Below are positions 38,867 to 49,179 of a DNA stretch of 64,000 nt, piece after piece; position 1 is the first letter of the stretch, and the number at the start of each line of letters is the position of its first letter. A program made the translations under genes and the position numbers. The stretch comes from Pseudomonadota bacterium (GTDB lineage: Bacteria; Pseudomonadota; Alphaproteobacteria; Sphingomonadales; Sphingomonadaceae). The notes beneath the pieces were generated by a model. The model was not told where the DNA came from and ran no database searches. It saw only the letters and a list, made by a program, of their open reading frames with translations. The stretch is from NCBI GenBank assembly GCA_038532855.1, contig JBCAZT010000002.1, positions 1,557 to 65,556 of the forward strand, given 5' to 3'.

Positions 38867-40011
38867 CCGCTCACTCCCACAGGGCGAGGGCGGTAAAGGT
38901 AGAAATAGGCAAGCCAGAAAGCGAGCATCATCCCGCCGATCAAAAAGCGGTTTTGTGCCCCATCAACCAATTGGCGCGGGAACGCCTCGAGCAAAGCGGC
39001 AGCTACCATCATCAGCACAACGCCCACCATCACAACTGCACCGCGACGCCCGGCTTCAGACGCAGCCTGAAGCACACTGCGATCGCCAGGAAATGCCATT
39101 GAACGGCCAATGTGAAGCCCAGCAGCGCCTGATAACAAGATGCCAAACAGCTCAGTCGTCCCATGAACGCTGAGCCATGCGGCAAATTCAACCTCCAGCC
39201 CTTGGCCTGCAAACAGCCACATCATCGCGCCCAACAAAGCGAGATTGTAGATCAACAGCAATAAGGTCGGAATGCCGAATGCAAATCCCAACGCGAAGGC
39301 GAGAATGCAAACGCCTGCATTGTTGCTGAAAAGGCTGGCAGCAAAGACCGATAGCCCCCCTGCATCTTGCTCCACTGCCAGTGTTTCAGCGAGCGCCTCG
39401 CGGCTGGCACCGGGAACACGCGCATCAAGGAAGTTGGAAGGGACAAGGCGGTAATACCATTCCTCATCGCGCACGACGAGCAGCCAGCCAACGAGAGTGC
39501 CTGCCACCATCACAAACAGCGCAATGCACGATTCCAGCCATATGCCGCGCACAGCCCAGCTCCATCCGCCGAAAAAGAATTCTCTAAGCCATCCAAATAA
39601 CCCTTTGCGAGGGCCATAGACCTGAAACCAAGCGCGCTGGACGAGGCTTTCTAGATAGCTGAGTGTTGCAGAATCGAGCGAAGTCTCTCGCGCCACAGAA
39701 AGGCTGGATGCGGCCGTGCGATAGAGTGTGGGTAGAGCGAGCAAATCGTCATCATCTATGCGCCGCAATCCGCCGCGTTCCATGCGCTGGACAATATCTT
39801 CAAGCCTGCGCCAATCGCCCTCGCGTTCAAGCCTGAACCTGTCCGAACGCAAAGCGGCGCTTTCGATATCGGCGGGCGCTGCGATTTCGCTTTTGCCAAA
39901 GAGGCTCGCAAACCGGCCTTTAGACTTTGCGGGCGTCGCAGAATTGGGTTCTTTTTCGGGCAGGGGAGCGCCCGGCACCGCATCAGGGTTTTTGGTCGCA
40001 GGCTCAATCAT
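38863..40011 (-). CDS. SpoIIM-like (DUF95) integral membrane protein
   Basis: 382 aa. N-terminal cytoplasmic helix domain (FRLEREGDWRRLEDIV...LPTLYRTAASSLSVAR) followed by 5-6 TM with HGTTELFGILLSGAAGL. Confidence 0.7.
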   Translation of the reverse strand: MIEPATKNPDAVPGAPLPEKEPNSATPAKSKGRFASLFGKSEIAAPADIESAALRSDRFRLEREGDWRRLEDIVQRMERGGLRRIDDDDLLALPTLYRTAASSLSVARETSLDSATLSYLESLVQRAWFQVYGPRKGLFGWLREFFFGGWSWAVRGIWLESCIALFVMVAGTLVGWLLVVRDEEWYYRLVPSNFLDARVPGASREALAETLAVEQDAGGLSVFAASLFSNNAGVCILAFALGFAFGIPTLLLLIYNLALLGAMMWLFAGQGLEVEFAAWLSVHGTTELFGILLSGAAGLHIGRSMAFPGDRSVLQAASEAGRRGAVVMVGVVLMMVAAALLEAFPRQLVDGAQNRFLIGGMMLAFWLAYFYLYRPRPVGVSG

Positions 40012-41369
40012 CCGATTGCCTCCGAGTTTTTGATTTCAAAATAGCGATCAATCAGCTGATAGCCGATCTGGTTCCATGGCGCCTCAATCACATCGACGCC
40101 CATACGGCGCAGGCGTTGCAGCACGATGGAACGCTGGGTGGCTAGTGTGTCAGCAGTGACGCTGCGCGCCATCGTCGCGATATCGCCGGGTTCTTCTTCG
40201 ATGATCTCTTCAAGCTCGCTGTCTGCGATGGTCACGAACAGAACCAGATGTTTGTCGACCAGCCTGCCAATGCTCTCAATCATCAGTTCAGCGGCTGTGG
40301 GATCAGTGAAATCGGAAAACAGGACAATCAACGATCGCCTCTGAAGTTTGGCTGTAAGAGTGGCAAGAGCGAGAGTGAAATTGGGCTCTGTCGCTTCATA
40401 ATCGAGGCCTGCCGCCGCGCTTTGCAACCGGTGAAACGCGCGCGCATCGCTGACGAAAGGTGTCATAATTTGGGGGCGCTGCGCAAAACCAAACAGCGAT
40501 ACTTTGTCAGAGCTTTTGAGCGCTACAAACGCGCAGGTCAGCGCTGCGGTAACAGCCCGGTCAATGCGCGGCATTCCGTCAGCGGGCTCGCACATGGCTT
40601 GGCCGCAATCGAATGCGAACACGATCTGATTGTTGCGCTCACTTTCATTTTCGCGCGCATAAAGGTGGACATGCCGCGCGCTGGCTTTCCAATCGATCCG
40701 GCGGCGATCCATGCCTGGTTCGTATTCGGTTAGCGATTCAAACTGGGTGCCTTCGCCTCTGATACGCCGCGCAATAAGGCCGGTTTGGGCATCGCGAAGG
40801 AATGTTTGAAGCTCTTTGCTGCGGACCGGCGACAAATCAGGCCATATGCGGATTTCAGTGTCGAGCGTTCTATGGGTCGTGCGAGCGCCAAGCCCCAATG
40901 GCCCGGCCCAACGCAGCCAAGCGCGTGTTACATTGGCAGTGCCGCGCCGTTTCGGTTTTAACTCAACGTTGCCGGTGTGTCCGTTGTCGAATCGGTCCGA
41001 TTGCAAGGCAAATGCGGCTCTGCCTGCCATTCCTAGGCGGGGGTCAAATTCCAAAGCAGCGCGAACAACAGCGCGTGATCCTCTTTTAAAGTGGGCTGTC
41101 ACTGTCACAGGCGTTGATTGGCCCACTTCTGTATCGTTTGGTGCGCCCACATCCCATTGCTCAACAGCGCCCGCCATGGTCGCATCGAGCAAGATCAGCA
41201 CAAACAGGGCAACAGCTGCAATCGGTGCGATCAGCCACAATTGCGGCGCGGTGGCCGCAATAATAACCGCGACAGGTGCAAAGCCTGCAATCACCCATGC
41301 CGAACGCTCTGTCGGGACGACAGGCACGGGGGGCAAATTCGCCAGAAATGCGGGGCGTGACAGCGCCAT
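40008..41369 (-). CDS. DUF58 domain protein (vWA-like, MoxR partner)
   Basis: N-terminal 2 TM. RRIDWKASARHVHLYARENESERNNQIVFAFDCGQAM is the DUF58 signature. Confidence 0.85.
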   Translation of the reverse strand: MALSRPAFLANLPPVPVVPTERSAWVIAGFAPVAVIIAATAPQLWLIAPIAAVALFVLILLDATMAGAVEQWDVGAPNDTEVGQSTPVTVTAHFKRGSRAVVRAALEFDPRLGMAGRAAFALQSDRFDNGHTGNVELKPKRRGTANVTRAWLRWAGPLGLGARTTHRTLDTEIRIWPDLSPVRSKELQTFLRDAQTGLIARRIRGEGTQFESLTEYEPGMDRRRIDWKASARHVHLYARENESERNNQIVFAFDCGQAMCEPADGMPRIDRAVTAALTCAFVALKSSDKVSLFGFAQRPQIMTPFVSDARAFHRLQSAAAGLDYEATEPNFTLALATLTAKLQRRSLIVLFSDFTDPTAAELMIESIGRLVDKHLVLFVTIADSELEEIIEEEPGDIATMARSVTADTLATQRSIVLQRLRRMGVDVIEAPWNQIGYQLIDRYFEIKNSEAIG

Positions 41370-41374
41370 TGGCT

Positions 41375-42337
41375 TTATCGAGGTGCCTCTGTGCTTTCGA
41401 CGAGTTCGGCCACCAAAGCTTCGATATCGCGGCCTTCGATTTCGGCAGCTGGGCTGAGCGTTAGGCGGTGGCGCAGGACGGGCACGGCCAAAGCTTTAAC
41501 ATCATCAGGAATGATATAAGCGCGCCCCTCGAGCGCAGCGCGTGCCCGCGCAGCATTGGCCAAAAGGACAGCAGCGCGCGGGCTGGCGCCCACAGAAAGC
41601 TCAGCATGTTCTCGCGTCGCGCGAACGAGGCGGACGACATATTGCGTGATCTCTTCAGCCACTGTCACGTGATCAAGCGCGCCGCTGGCAGCGACCAATT
41701 TTGCGGCATCTGCGACCGCTGTAACTCCCAAATCCGCTGGCCGCTGGGGCCCTTGCCGCGATCCAAAGCTGGTGACAATGCGCACTTCTTCCGCTTCGTC
41801 AGGGTAGGGAACAAGCAGTTTAAACAGGAACCGGTCCAGTTGCGCTTCAGGAAGCGGGTAGACACCTTGGTTCTCGATGGGGTTCTGGGTTGCCACCACC
41901 ATAAACCTCTCAGGCAATTGGTGGGTTTCGCCATCCAAGGTGACGCGGCGTTCCTGCATTGCCTCTAGCAAAGCAGCCTGCGTTTTGGGCGGGGTGCGGT
42001 TGATTTCATCTGCCAAAAGCAATTCGCAAAATATGGGCCCGCGCGTCAGCGTGAATTGGCTGGTCTGAAAGTTGAACAAATTCGATCCCAGAATATCTCC
42101 GGGCAGCAGATCAGGCGTGAATTGGATGCGTCCGAAATCGAGGCCAAGCGCGGTTGAAAACGCATTGGCGAGAAACGTCTTGGCAGTTCCCGGAGGGCCT
42201 TCCAAAAGCACGTGTCCTTCGCTGACCATAGCGACGAGCAATTGATCGATAATCTCTTCCTGCCCGACAATCGCCTTTGCGACTTCGGCGCGGATGCTGT
42301 CCGCTAGCGCGCGTAGATCTTCTAGGCTCATACTCAT
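41375..42337 (-). CDS. MoxR-family AAA+ ATPase
   Basis: 320 aa. Walker [11 protein letters not shown], Walker [28 protein letters not shown]. Confidence 0.95.
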   Translation of the reverse strand: MSMSLEDLRALADSIRAEVAKAIVGQEEIIDQLLVAMVSEGHVLLEGPPGTAKTFLANAFSTALGLDFGRIQFTPDLLPGDILGSNLFNFQTSQFTLTRGPIFCELLLADEINRTPPKTQAALLEAMQERRVTLDGETHQLPERFMVVATQNPIENQGVYPLPEAQLDRFLFKLLVPYPDEAEEVRIVTSFGSRQGPQRPADLGVTAVADAAKLVAASGALDHVTVAEEITQYVVRLVRATREHAELSVGASPRAAVLLANAARARAALEGRAYIIPDDVKALAVPVLRHRLTLSPAAEIEGRDIEALVAELVESTEAPR

Positions 42338-43653
42338 GTCGCAGGTTTCCCCTTATTGCTCTTTGTATCTTCAATTGTTGTGACCAAATCGGTCAATGAT
42401 TTCGCCGCGCGCACAATGTCGCCAGCGCTCGTTGCGCTGCGCAGTTTGGCGGCGCGGTGGGTAAACGGTTCTTCTTGCGGGAAGCGTGATTGCATGGCTG
42501 CATCAATCGCTTCGGGGTCAGGTTTTTGAAGGCCCATGGCTTTCGCAACGCGGTTGGCAGACAAGTTCGCGTAAGGTTCAGCCAAAAGACGCAAACGGCC
42601 CGCTCGAACGATCAGCCCTGCGCCATTGCCAACAAGACGTTTCTTCCCAAACGCAATGTCAGGCCCGCTGGCAGCAGCAGGTCCAAAGCGGAGGAATGCG
42701 CGCCATCCGACAATGAACATCGCAAGGATCAGGCACAACGTGGCGGCCAAGAATGGAGGCCGGAATGCTAACGTTAGAAGATTGGTGGTCCCGCCGAAAC
42801 CGTTCAGCGTCAGATCAAATGTGATGTTTGTATCCGGCCCATATCCCGCTTCTTGAACCAGCGCGAGCGCGGCAGCCGCCCGCGTTTCATCTGCCAGCCC
42901 GTAATTGTTCATCAAATCGGGTTCGACTACAAAAATGGTCCATTGGGCATCGTTGTAATAATCGCTGTCTTCTTCACCCAGCACATTCATGGCGAGAACA
43001 TGACCCGCCGCATCGGTCACAAGCGGCTCAAACGTGTCACCGGTTTCGGCATAAGCGATAGTGCGTGTGGGAAGCTCGCCTGATAGACCAAAGCCGTCCC
43101 AGCCGGGTTCTTCATCTTCTTCAAGCTGCTCAATCTTGTGCTCAAAAGAGAAGGGGTTGGGGAGGTCTCTGCTCCAGTCCACCGGGAATCCATCGCCCAA
43201 TTGCACCCAGCCGCGCTTGAATTCCTCTGCCACTTCGTCAGGCAAGTTGCGCGGGGGCAGCCGTGCAAACCACTTTGGCAATATCACGAGTGTAGGACCA
43301 GTGTATTCGCGGTCCCACAATATGTCCGCAATATCATCAGGATCCATGTAGCTGGGCGGCGTGAGGATCAGAAGGTCGTTGGTCTCAAGACCGCTCGGGG
43401 AGCGGGATGTGGTGACATCGTACCCTTCATTTTCGAGCAGACGGACCAGGCCCGCGTAACCGTTCAACCCAGTTGAAGCTGCATGGGCTGCGCCATTGTT
43501 GTCACGGCTTCCATCGTCTCCGCCTGACAGAAAGTACAAAAGCGCAAAGAAGGCAGCAAAGCCAACGAGCAATACGAACAAAAGAGTGGCTTTGCCAAAA
43601 GGCGATCCCCCTCGGCCTGATTGCGCAGTGGTGAGGGCATCAGTTTCGCTCAT
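42334..43653 (-). CDS. DUF4350-like membrane-anchored protein
   Basis: N-terminal TM, then [19 protein letters not shown]...NDLLILTPP, typical of DUF4350. A second TM lies near residue 300. Confidence 0.65.
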   Translation of the reverse strand: MSETDALTTAQSGRGGSPFGKATLLFVLLVGFAAFFALLYFLSGGDDGSRDNNGAAHAASTGLNGYAGLVRLLENEGYDVTTSRSPSGLETNDLLILTPPSYMDPDDIADILWDREYTGPTLVILPKWFARLPPRNLPDEVAEEFKRGWVQLGDGFPVDWSRDLPNPFSFEHKIEQLEEDEEPGWDGFGLSGELPTRTIAYAETGDTFEPLVTDAAGHVLAMNVLGEEDSDYYNDAQWTIFVVEPDLMNNYGLADETRAAAALALVQEAGYGPDTNITFDLTLNGFGGTTNLLTLAFRPPFLAATLCLILAMFIVGWRAFLRFGPAAASGPDIAFGKKRLVGNGAGLIVRAGRLRLLAEPYANLSANRVAKAMGLQKPDPEAIDAAMQSRFPQEEPFTHRAAKLRSATSAGDIVRAAKSLTDLVTTIEDTKSNKGKPAT

Positions 43654-44405
43654 ACGGCACCTCTTTGGATCAGGCGTCCCTCAATTTTGGCGAGCGCAAA
43701 TTCGGCATAGGCCGCGCGCGCGGTCTCCCAATCAGATCGGTCGAGAGATCGCAGGGCGAAAAGGCTTCGCTCAACCCGTTCTGCAATGGTGCCAAAGGCT
43801 TTGCGTGCGGCATCGGGAAGCGATTTTAGCGCGGCCAACTCGCGCGCAGTGCTTGATGGTTCCACCCAGTCTGGCCTCGCCCTCGCGATCTGCCCAACGC
43901 TGCGTTTAAGCAGTAGATGGGTTGCTTCATCAAATTTGCCTTCGGCTGCCAGCCGGTCTGCATCTTCCAAAAGGGCAAGGCTTTCCTGCCTATCAGGCTG
44001 CCATTGGGGGATATCTTCTTCCTCACCCTTGGCGTTCTTGCCCGGCGCCAAAGGCCCATACATGCGCACGATCAAATACAGGATGAAGGCGATCAGCAGT
44101 GCGAGCAAAACCCATTGAAGAAACCACCAGGAATTGGCGAGTGCCGTTCCAATCGGCGCGAACAAATCGCCCAGCCAATCAAAAACGCTTTCGAGCCAGC
44201 GTTCAAAAGCAGACGGTTCGCGAGGGGGAATGGGCGGAATTTCAATTGGTTCAAATTGAATATCACCATCATTGCGCAACCCATCCCAGCTTTCCTCCAG
44301 TGTTTCAGAAGGGATAGGCTGAGCGGATTGAGCCGCATCTTGGTTGTCTTCAAAAGTCGGTTGTACCGCGAAAGTCATTCGAGTTGCTTCGTGGCACGGC
44401 AACAC
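43650..44405 (-). CDS. DUF4129-like membrane protein
   Basis: Acidic N-terminus, one TM (WWFLQWVLLALLIAFILYLIV). The C-terminal helical domain with STARELAALKSLPDAARKAF...ERSLFA...DWETARAAY resembles DUF4129. Confidence 0.6.
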   Translation of the reverse strand: MLPCHEATRMTFAVQPTFEDNQDAAQSAQPIPSETLEESWDGLRNDGDIQFEPIEIPPIPPREPSAFERWLESVFDWLGDLFAPIGTALANSWWFLQWVLLALLIAFILYLIVRMYGPLAPGKNAKGEEEDIPQWQPDRQESLALLEDADRLAAEGKFDEATHLLLKRSVGQIARARPDWVEPSSTARELAALKSLPDAARKAFGTIAERVERSLFALRSLDRSDWETARAAYAEFALAKIEGRLIQRGAV

Positions 44406-44472
44406 GGCATGCGCAACAGGTTAGGTTTGCGAATAGTATGGAATTGTTCACCTTTATTGCAGGCGCTAAGCA

Positions 44473-45366
44473 CTATCCGCGTCTTCGTGCCATCGGATAC
44501 GTGCCAAGGATGCGCAATTGCTTGGAATAAAAAGAGCATTCCTCCAAAGCACGGTCGACCGCCGGGTCGCCCGGAGCGCCAATAATATCGGCATAGAATT
44601 GCGTCGCTGAAAAGCTGGTGCCTTTCTGGTAGCTTTCGAGCTTCGTCATGTTCACGCCATTGGTCGCAAATCCGCCCAGCGCTTTATAAAGAGCGGCAGG
44701 AATATTGCGCACTTCAAAGATGAATGTCGTCATCGCTGCGACATCGGCATCATGGGTAAGAAATGCAGGCTGATCTGCAAGGATGACGAAGCGCGTCATG
44801 TTATCGGCGCTGTCTTCTACGTTTTCATCGACGATGGTCAGGCCATAATGCTCCGCTGCGATAGCTGGAGCAATGGCCGCGATGGTGGGGTCTTTGCTTT
44901 CCGCAACGAAAGCGGCAGCGCCCGCGGTGTCAGCGTAGCTGAGCGGGACAATGCCCTTTTTCCGCAAATACATGCGCGATTGGCCGAGAGCTTGTGGATG
45001 GCTGTAAGCCGCCTCGAATGGTCCAGTACCAATGCCCATCAATGCATGATGAATTGGCATGAAATACTCACCCGTGATCGAAAGACCGCTTTCAGGCAGC
45101 AAGAAGTGTATATCGGCAACGCGCCCATTTTGAGAATTTTCAATCGGTATGATGGCTTGGCCCGCTCGGCCATCTTTTACAGCCTCTAAAGCGTCGGCGA
45201 AGCTAAAGCAGGGTAGAGGCAGCGCGTCATCAAGCGCATGCATAGCAGCGTAGTGGGAATTGGCTCCGGGTGATCCTTGGAAAGCTATCGCTCGCGCTGG
45301 ATTCGTTGCGGCCTCGGCGCGAAGAGCATCGACAATCGGCAAAGCGGGTGCAGGAAATGATCGCAT
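44473..45366 (-). CDS. pheA: prephenate dehydratase
   Basis: 297 aa. IAFQGSPGANSH, IPIENSQNGRV, TRF motif and a C-terminal ACT domain. Confidence 0.9.
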   Translation of the reverse strand: MRSFPAPALPIVDALRAEAATNPARAIAFQGSPGANSHYAAMHALDDALPLPCFSFADALEAVKDGRAGQAIIPIENSQNGRVADIHFLLPESGLSITGEYFMPIHHALMGIGTGPFEAAYSHPQALGQSRMYLRKKGIVPLSYADTAGAAAFVAESKDPTIAAIAPAIAAEHYGLTIVDENVEDSADNMTRFVILADQPAFLTHDADVAAMTTFIFEVRNIPAALYKALGGFATNGVNMTKLESYQKGTSFSATQFYADIIGAPGDPAVDRALEECSFYSKQLRILGTYPMARRRG

Positions 45367-45509
45367 GACTAGAGGGCGTGCTAATGCCCAGCGCTCCTAA
45401 CAGCAAGTGTGCAAAAGGCGCGAAATGTTGACGAATTGCAATTCGTGCAATGCGTGATGCCCCTATAGGTCTTGCGCAGCACGAAACGCACGATTATGGG
45501 GCGCTCGGG

Positions 45510-46223
45510 ATGACTAACGAAACCACATCAAAAAGCACGCCGGACGCGAAAGCAGACCAAGGCGATTTGTTCAACACGGCAGCGGGCTGGGTCCTGTTTG
45601 CTGGCATTGTCGGGCTGGGCCTGTCGGTGCTGAGCGAAATGTATTTTCATGGCTCTTCGCCTGAACGCCCAGAGCAATTGGGTTACGTTATCGAAGGCGT
45701 CGAAGAAGAAGGCGGCGCCGTCGCTGCTGAAATGAGTATGGAAGAGGCTTTGAACATGGCTTCTGTCGATATTTCCGCAGGCGAAAAAGTTTATGCCAAA
45801 TGTTCCAGCTGCCATTCGATCGATGCGGGCGGTGCAAACGGCATCGGGCCCAACCTTCACGGAATCATGGGTGCAGCGGTCGGCAAGAAAGCCGGTTATC
45901 AATATTCAGACGCGATGGCTGGTTTTGGCGGCAATTGGGGCTGGGAAGAAATGAACCAATGGCTCAAATCTCCTAAGCGCTATATGGACGGAACTAAGAT
46001 GGGCTTTGCCGGACTTTCTAAAGTCGAAGATCGTGCTGCTGTGGCGCTTTATATGAATTCACAGGGGTCTAGTTTGCCGGTGCCTGATTTTGTTGCAGCT
46101 GCCGCGGAAACCGATGACGTCGCCGATGCAGAGGCTGAAGCAAACGCTGACGCGGTGGAAGCAGCCGAAGATGCACAGAACGCAGCCGAAGAAACATCCG
46201 AAGAAACCGCTGCAGCTGAGTAA
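45510..46223 (+). CDS. membrane-anchored c-type cytochrome (CycM-like) with acidic Ala/Glu tail
   Basis: ATG at 45510. One TM (AGWVLFAGIVGLGLSVL). Heme motif CSSCH, distal GTKMGFAG. C-terminal AEAEANADAVEAAEDAQNAAEE. Confidence 0.85.
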   Translation: MTNETTSKSTPDAKADQGDLFNTAAGWVLFAGIVGLGLSVLSEMYFHGSSPERPEQLGYVIEGVEEEGGAVAAEMSMEEALNMASVDISAGEKVYAKCSSCHSIDAGGANGIGPNLHGIMGAAVGKKAGYQYSDAMAGFGGNWGWEEMNQWLKSPKRYMDGTKMGFAGLSKVEDRAAVALYMNSQGSSLPVPDFVAAAAETDDVADAEAEANADAVEAAEDAQNAAEETSEETAAAE

Positions 46224-46243
46224 TCTGATCTGGGCCAGCTGAA

Positions 46244-46912
46244 CTACTTGGTTTTGCCCTTGAAGCCCTGAGCAATCACATACCACTCTGATGAGCCTTT
46301 GCGGCTTGCGGGTGGTTTTGCGTGCTTGACCGATTTGAAATGCTGCTTGAGCAGGGTTAGCAAATCTTTATCCGTACCACCGGCAAGAACTTTAGCTACA
46401 AACGCGCCGCCTTCGCTTAATGTCTCGGCCGCAAACCAGGCGGCTGCTTCAACGAGGCCCATGGTGCGCAGGTGATCGGTTTGTTTGTGACCGACCGTGT
46501 TCGCCGCCATATCTGACAAGATCAGATCGGGCGCGCCATCCAATGCCTCTTCCAGTTTTTGTGGTGCGGCATCATCCAGAAAATCCATTTCGAAAATAGT
46601 CACGCCCTCAATCGGCTCTGTGGGCAAAAGATCGATCCCAACGACGCTGGCTTTCGGCGCTTTCTTGCGCACAACCTGCGCCCATCCGCCCGGCGCTATG
46701 CCCAAATCAACGACGCGCTGCGCGCCTATGATGAGGCTGAATTTCTCATCGAGCTCGATCAATTTGTAAGCAGCGCGGCTGCGATATCCGTCCGCTTTTG
46801 CTTGTTTGACATAGGGGTCATTCAACTGCCGCTCTAACCAACGTGTGGAAGAGGCTGTGCGTTTCTTCGCCGTTTTAACGCGGCGATCAGGATTGCGACC
46901 AGACCGGCTCAT
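46244..46912 (-). CDS. rlmE: 23S rRNA (uridine-2'-O)-methyltransferase RlmE/FtsJ
   Basis: ATG at 46912. WLERQLNDPYV, YRSRAAYKLIELDEKF, VVDLGIAPGGW, ILSDMA. Confidence 0.9.
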   Translation of the reverse strand: MSRSGRNPDRRVKTAKKRTASSTRWLERQLNDPYVKQAKADGYRSRAAYKLIELDEKFSLIIGAQRVVDLGIAPGGWAQVVRKKAPKASVVGIDLLPTEPIEGVTIFEMDFLDDAAPQKLEEALDGAPDLILSDMAANTVGHKQTDHLRTMGLVEAAAWFAAETLSEGGAFVAKVLAGGTDKDLLTLLKQHFKSVKHAKPPASRKGSSEWYVIAQGFKGKTK

Positions 46913-46916
46913 CGCC

Positions 46917-48170
46917 TTATCCCTCGCCCTTTTGTGAGCGCAATTGCTCAAGCGCCTTCAAAGATCTTTCGCTCTGGCGTTCCGACGCCATTAGGCTGCG
47001 CAAAATACCCTCACGAATGCCGCGATCCGCAACGCCCAGCCGCTCTGCTGGCCACAGGTCCAGAATGCTCTCCAAGATGGCGCAGCCCGCCACAACCAAA
47101 TCGGCTCGATCTGAGCCAATGCAAGGCAGTGTGCTGCGCTTCTCAGCTGACATGCCAGCAAGATCAGCGCTAATGTCGCGCATCGAAGTTGATGGGACAA
47201 TCAGACCATCAACGGCCTTGCGGTCGTAATGGGGCAATTCCAGATGCAGGCTCGCCAATGTGGTGACGGTGCCGCTTGTACCCAGAAGTCTTATATCCGG
47301 ATGCGCGGCTGCATCAGCAATGCGTTCCGCAAACGGAGCAAAGCTTTCTGAAACCAATTCGCGCATTTTGGCATAACGCGCCAATCGCGCATCGCGCCCG
47401 TCCCCATTGCGCGCCACAGTGTCGGTTAATGAGACCACGCCCCATGGCACGCTCTGCCAATCAATAATGCGCGGGACTTTGCCGCCGGGCTCTAACAAGA
47501 CGAGTTCGGTAGATCCTCCGCCGATATCGAATATAACCGCCGGACCATTGCCAGCTTCGAGCAGAATATGGCAGCCCAAGACAGCCAGCCGCGCCTCTTC
47601 GCCCGCGCTGATAATATCGAGGACAATACCGGTTTCGCGTTTAACACGCTCGATAAAGGCCTCACCATTGCTGGCTCTGCGACAGGCCTCGGTCGCCACG
47701 GATCGCGCCAAACGCACTTTGCGCCTGCGCAATTTGTCAGCGCAAACCGACAAAGCGCTCATCGCGCGGTCCATTGCTTCATCCGACAACTTGCCTGTGG
47801 TCGCCAAATCCTCGCCCAGTTTGACCACTCGGCTAAAAGCATCAATGACAGTAAAATCTTTACCCGATGGGCGTGCGATCAATAGGCGGCAATTATTGGT
47901 GCCAAGATCAAGTGCGGCGTAGGCCTCGTTAGGGTTGTGCTGCTTGGCTTTATGCGCTGTTGGCTGCGCCTTTTCGATAGAAGGCGCGCGCGTTGCCGCA
48001 TTGGAAGTACGACCACCGCCACCATTTGCGCGATTGCCCTTGCGGCGCTTGGATTGCGCTCGTTTTGGCTGGCTAGGGCGTTTGTAGCGAAAATCAGCTA
48101 CATTCCCGGACTTCTTGCCCCTTTTTTTACCAGCGCCTCTATTTGCGTCCGGCGGATGCGTCTCCGCCAT
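46917..48170 (-). CDS. Ppx/GppA family phosphatase with basic N-terminal extension
   Basis: ALDLGTNNCRLLIA, DIGGGSTEL. The ORF starts at a TTG (48185). The first ATG is at 48170. About 85 aa of K/R/G-rich sequence precede the ASKHA fold. Confidence 0.85.
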   Translation of the reverse strand: MAETHPPDANRGAGKKRGKKSGNVADFRYKRPSQPKRAQSKRRKGNRANGGGGRTSNAATRAPSIEKAQPTAHKAKQHNPNEAYAALDLGTNNCRLLIARPSGKDFTVIDAFSRVVKLGEDLATTGKLSDEAMDRAMSALSVCADKLRRRKVRLARSVATEACRRASNGEAFIERVKRETGIVLDIISAGEEARLAVLGCHILLEAGNGPAVIFDIGGGSTELVLLEPGGKVPRIIDWQSVPWGVVSLTDTVARNGDGRDARLARYAKMRELVSESFAPFAERIADAAAHPDIRLLGTSGTVTTLASLHLELPHYDRKAVDGLIVPSTSMRDISADLAGMSAEKRSTLPCIGSDRADLVVAGCAILESILDLWPAERLGVADRGIREGILRSLMASERQSERSLKALEQLRSQKGEG

Positions 48171-48326
48171 ACATATTGCCTTCAATTATCACGCAGGCTG
48201 CTTTGCCTGTGCACCTAGCGACTAAACTAAACGAAGGCGCGGGTTAGAGCAAGTTGGACGCTGGGTTAGGGTTAATGGCCGGGCATGCAGCGTCAATCGA
48301 GAAAGAAATCCGCTTGGGGCAGATAG

Positions 48327-48893
48327 TCAAAACTGCTCTGTTTCCTGTGCTAATGCGCGGTACTCTTGATATTTTTTGAAAGGCACCCAATCGCGGTCGT
48401 GGCCGTATTTTTTTAGCCGATAACGGTGCATGGCTACGCCTCCTATAACGCACAGTGTAACAAAGGCCGTTGGGTAGGCTTCGAAATCGACGTAGGACTG
48501 GCCAAGCATGGGGCGGAAACCATGGGTCAGGTGGGCTAAGACCGCTATCAGTTGCATAGCAGCGGCGAACAGGGGCCATATTCTGTTTGCGCTTAGAGCT
48601 ATCGCCGTGAAGCCAAGCAGGCCAATGGCATCTGTAATCACTCCAACAAAATCGATTTCATCAAACGTTGGATCAGAGATCGTGGAATAGAGAATGAGCT
48701 GGACAGAAAAGATTGATGCAAGAGTGAGAGCGCCGCACCGTTCAGGTTTCCCGCCCAACACCCAGCCCAGCGCTACTGCCGCACCGAAAATAGAATAAAA
48801 TACAGCAATAGCTGGGTGGGTGAAGTCGGGAAGAGACAAAAAAATTAACCCACAGCGCGCAGATTTGGAGCGATAATGCGTGCTTCTGGGCAA
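48327..48893 (-). CDS. hypothetical integral membrane protein
   Basis: About 5 hydrophobic helices. TTG starts only (48893 or 48839). Overlaps the upstream ORF if the longer form is used. Confidence 0.45.
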   Translation of the reverse strand: MPRSTHYRSKSARCGLIFLSLPDFTHPAIAVFYSIFGAAVALGWVLGGKPERCGALTLASIFSVQLILYSTISDPTFDEIDFVGVITDAIGLLGFTAIALSANRIWPLFAAAMQLIAVLAHLTHGFRPMLGQSYVDFEAYPTAFVTLCVIGGVAMHRYRLKKYGHDRDWVPFKKYQEYRALAQETEQF

Positions 48894-49159
48894 TCCCAGA
48901 GGGCTTCCGTCTTTTTCGCATCCTTTTCAGCCGAACTATGTGCCAGCGTGATGCTTTTACGCGTTTCAGTTGCGCGGGAGAGCGCCTCTGTGAGGTGGGC
49001 GATTGTCCGCTGGCTTTCAACACCTGTCAGGCAAGTCTCGCGGCGAACTTGTGTTGCGTTGGCAAGCTGCAGCGAAAGCGATTCGATCAAGCTGTCTAGA
49101 CTGTCAGTAAGCGCGTGGAATTCATCACTCATATGCTGAACGGTTTGGTTTAGTTCCAT
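48845..49159 (-). CDS. hypothetical small helical protein
   Basis: 104 aa. ATG start. Heptad-like DSLDSLIESLSLQLANATQ. No family recognised. Confidence 0.35.
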   Translation of the reverse strand: MELNQTVQHMSDEFHALTDSLDSLIESLSLQLANATQVRRETCLTGVESQRTIAHLTEALSRATETRKSITLAHSSAEKDAKKTEALWDCPEARIIAPNLRAVG

Positions 49160-49179
49160 GTCTTCGTCTCCAGTTAAGG

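Noticed and set aside
38448-44585. Several 160-240-aa plus-strand ORFs (38448..39173, 40248..40733, 40816..41457, 41468..41968, 43917..44585) inside the MoxR operon
   Set aside because: All are antisense to a chain of overlapping, motif-bearing minus-strand genes, so they are shadow ORFs.
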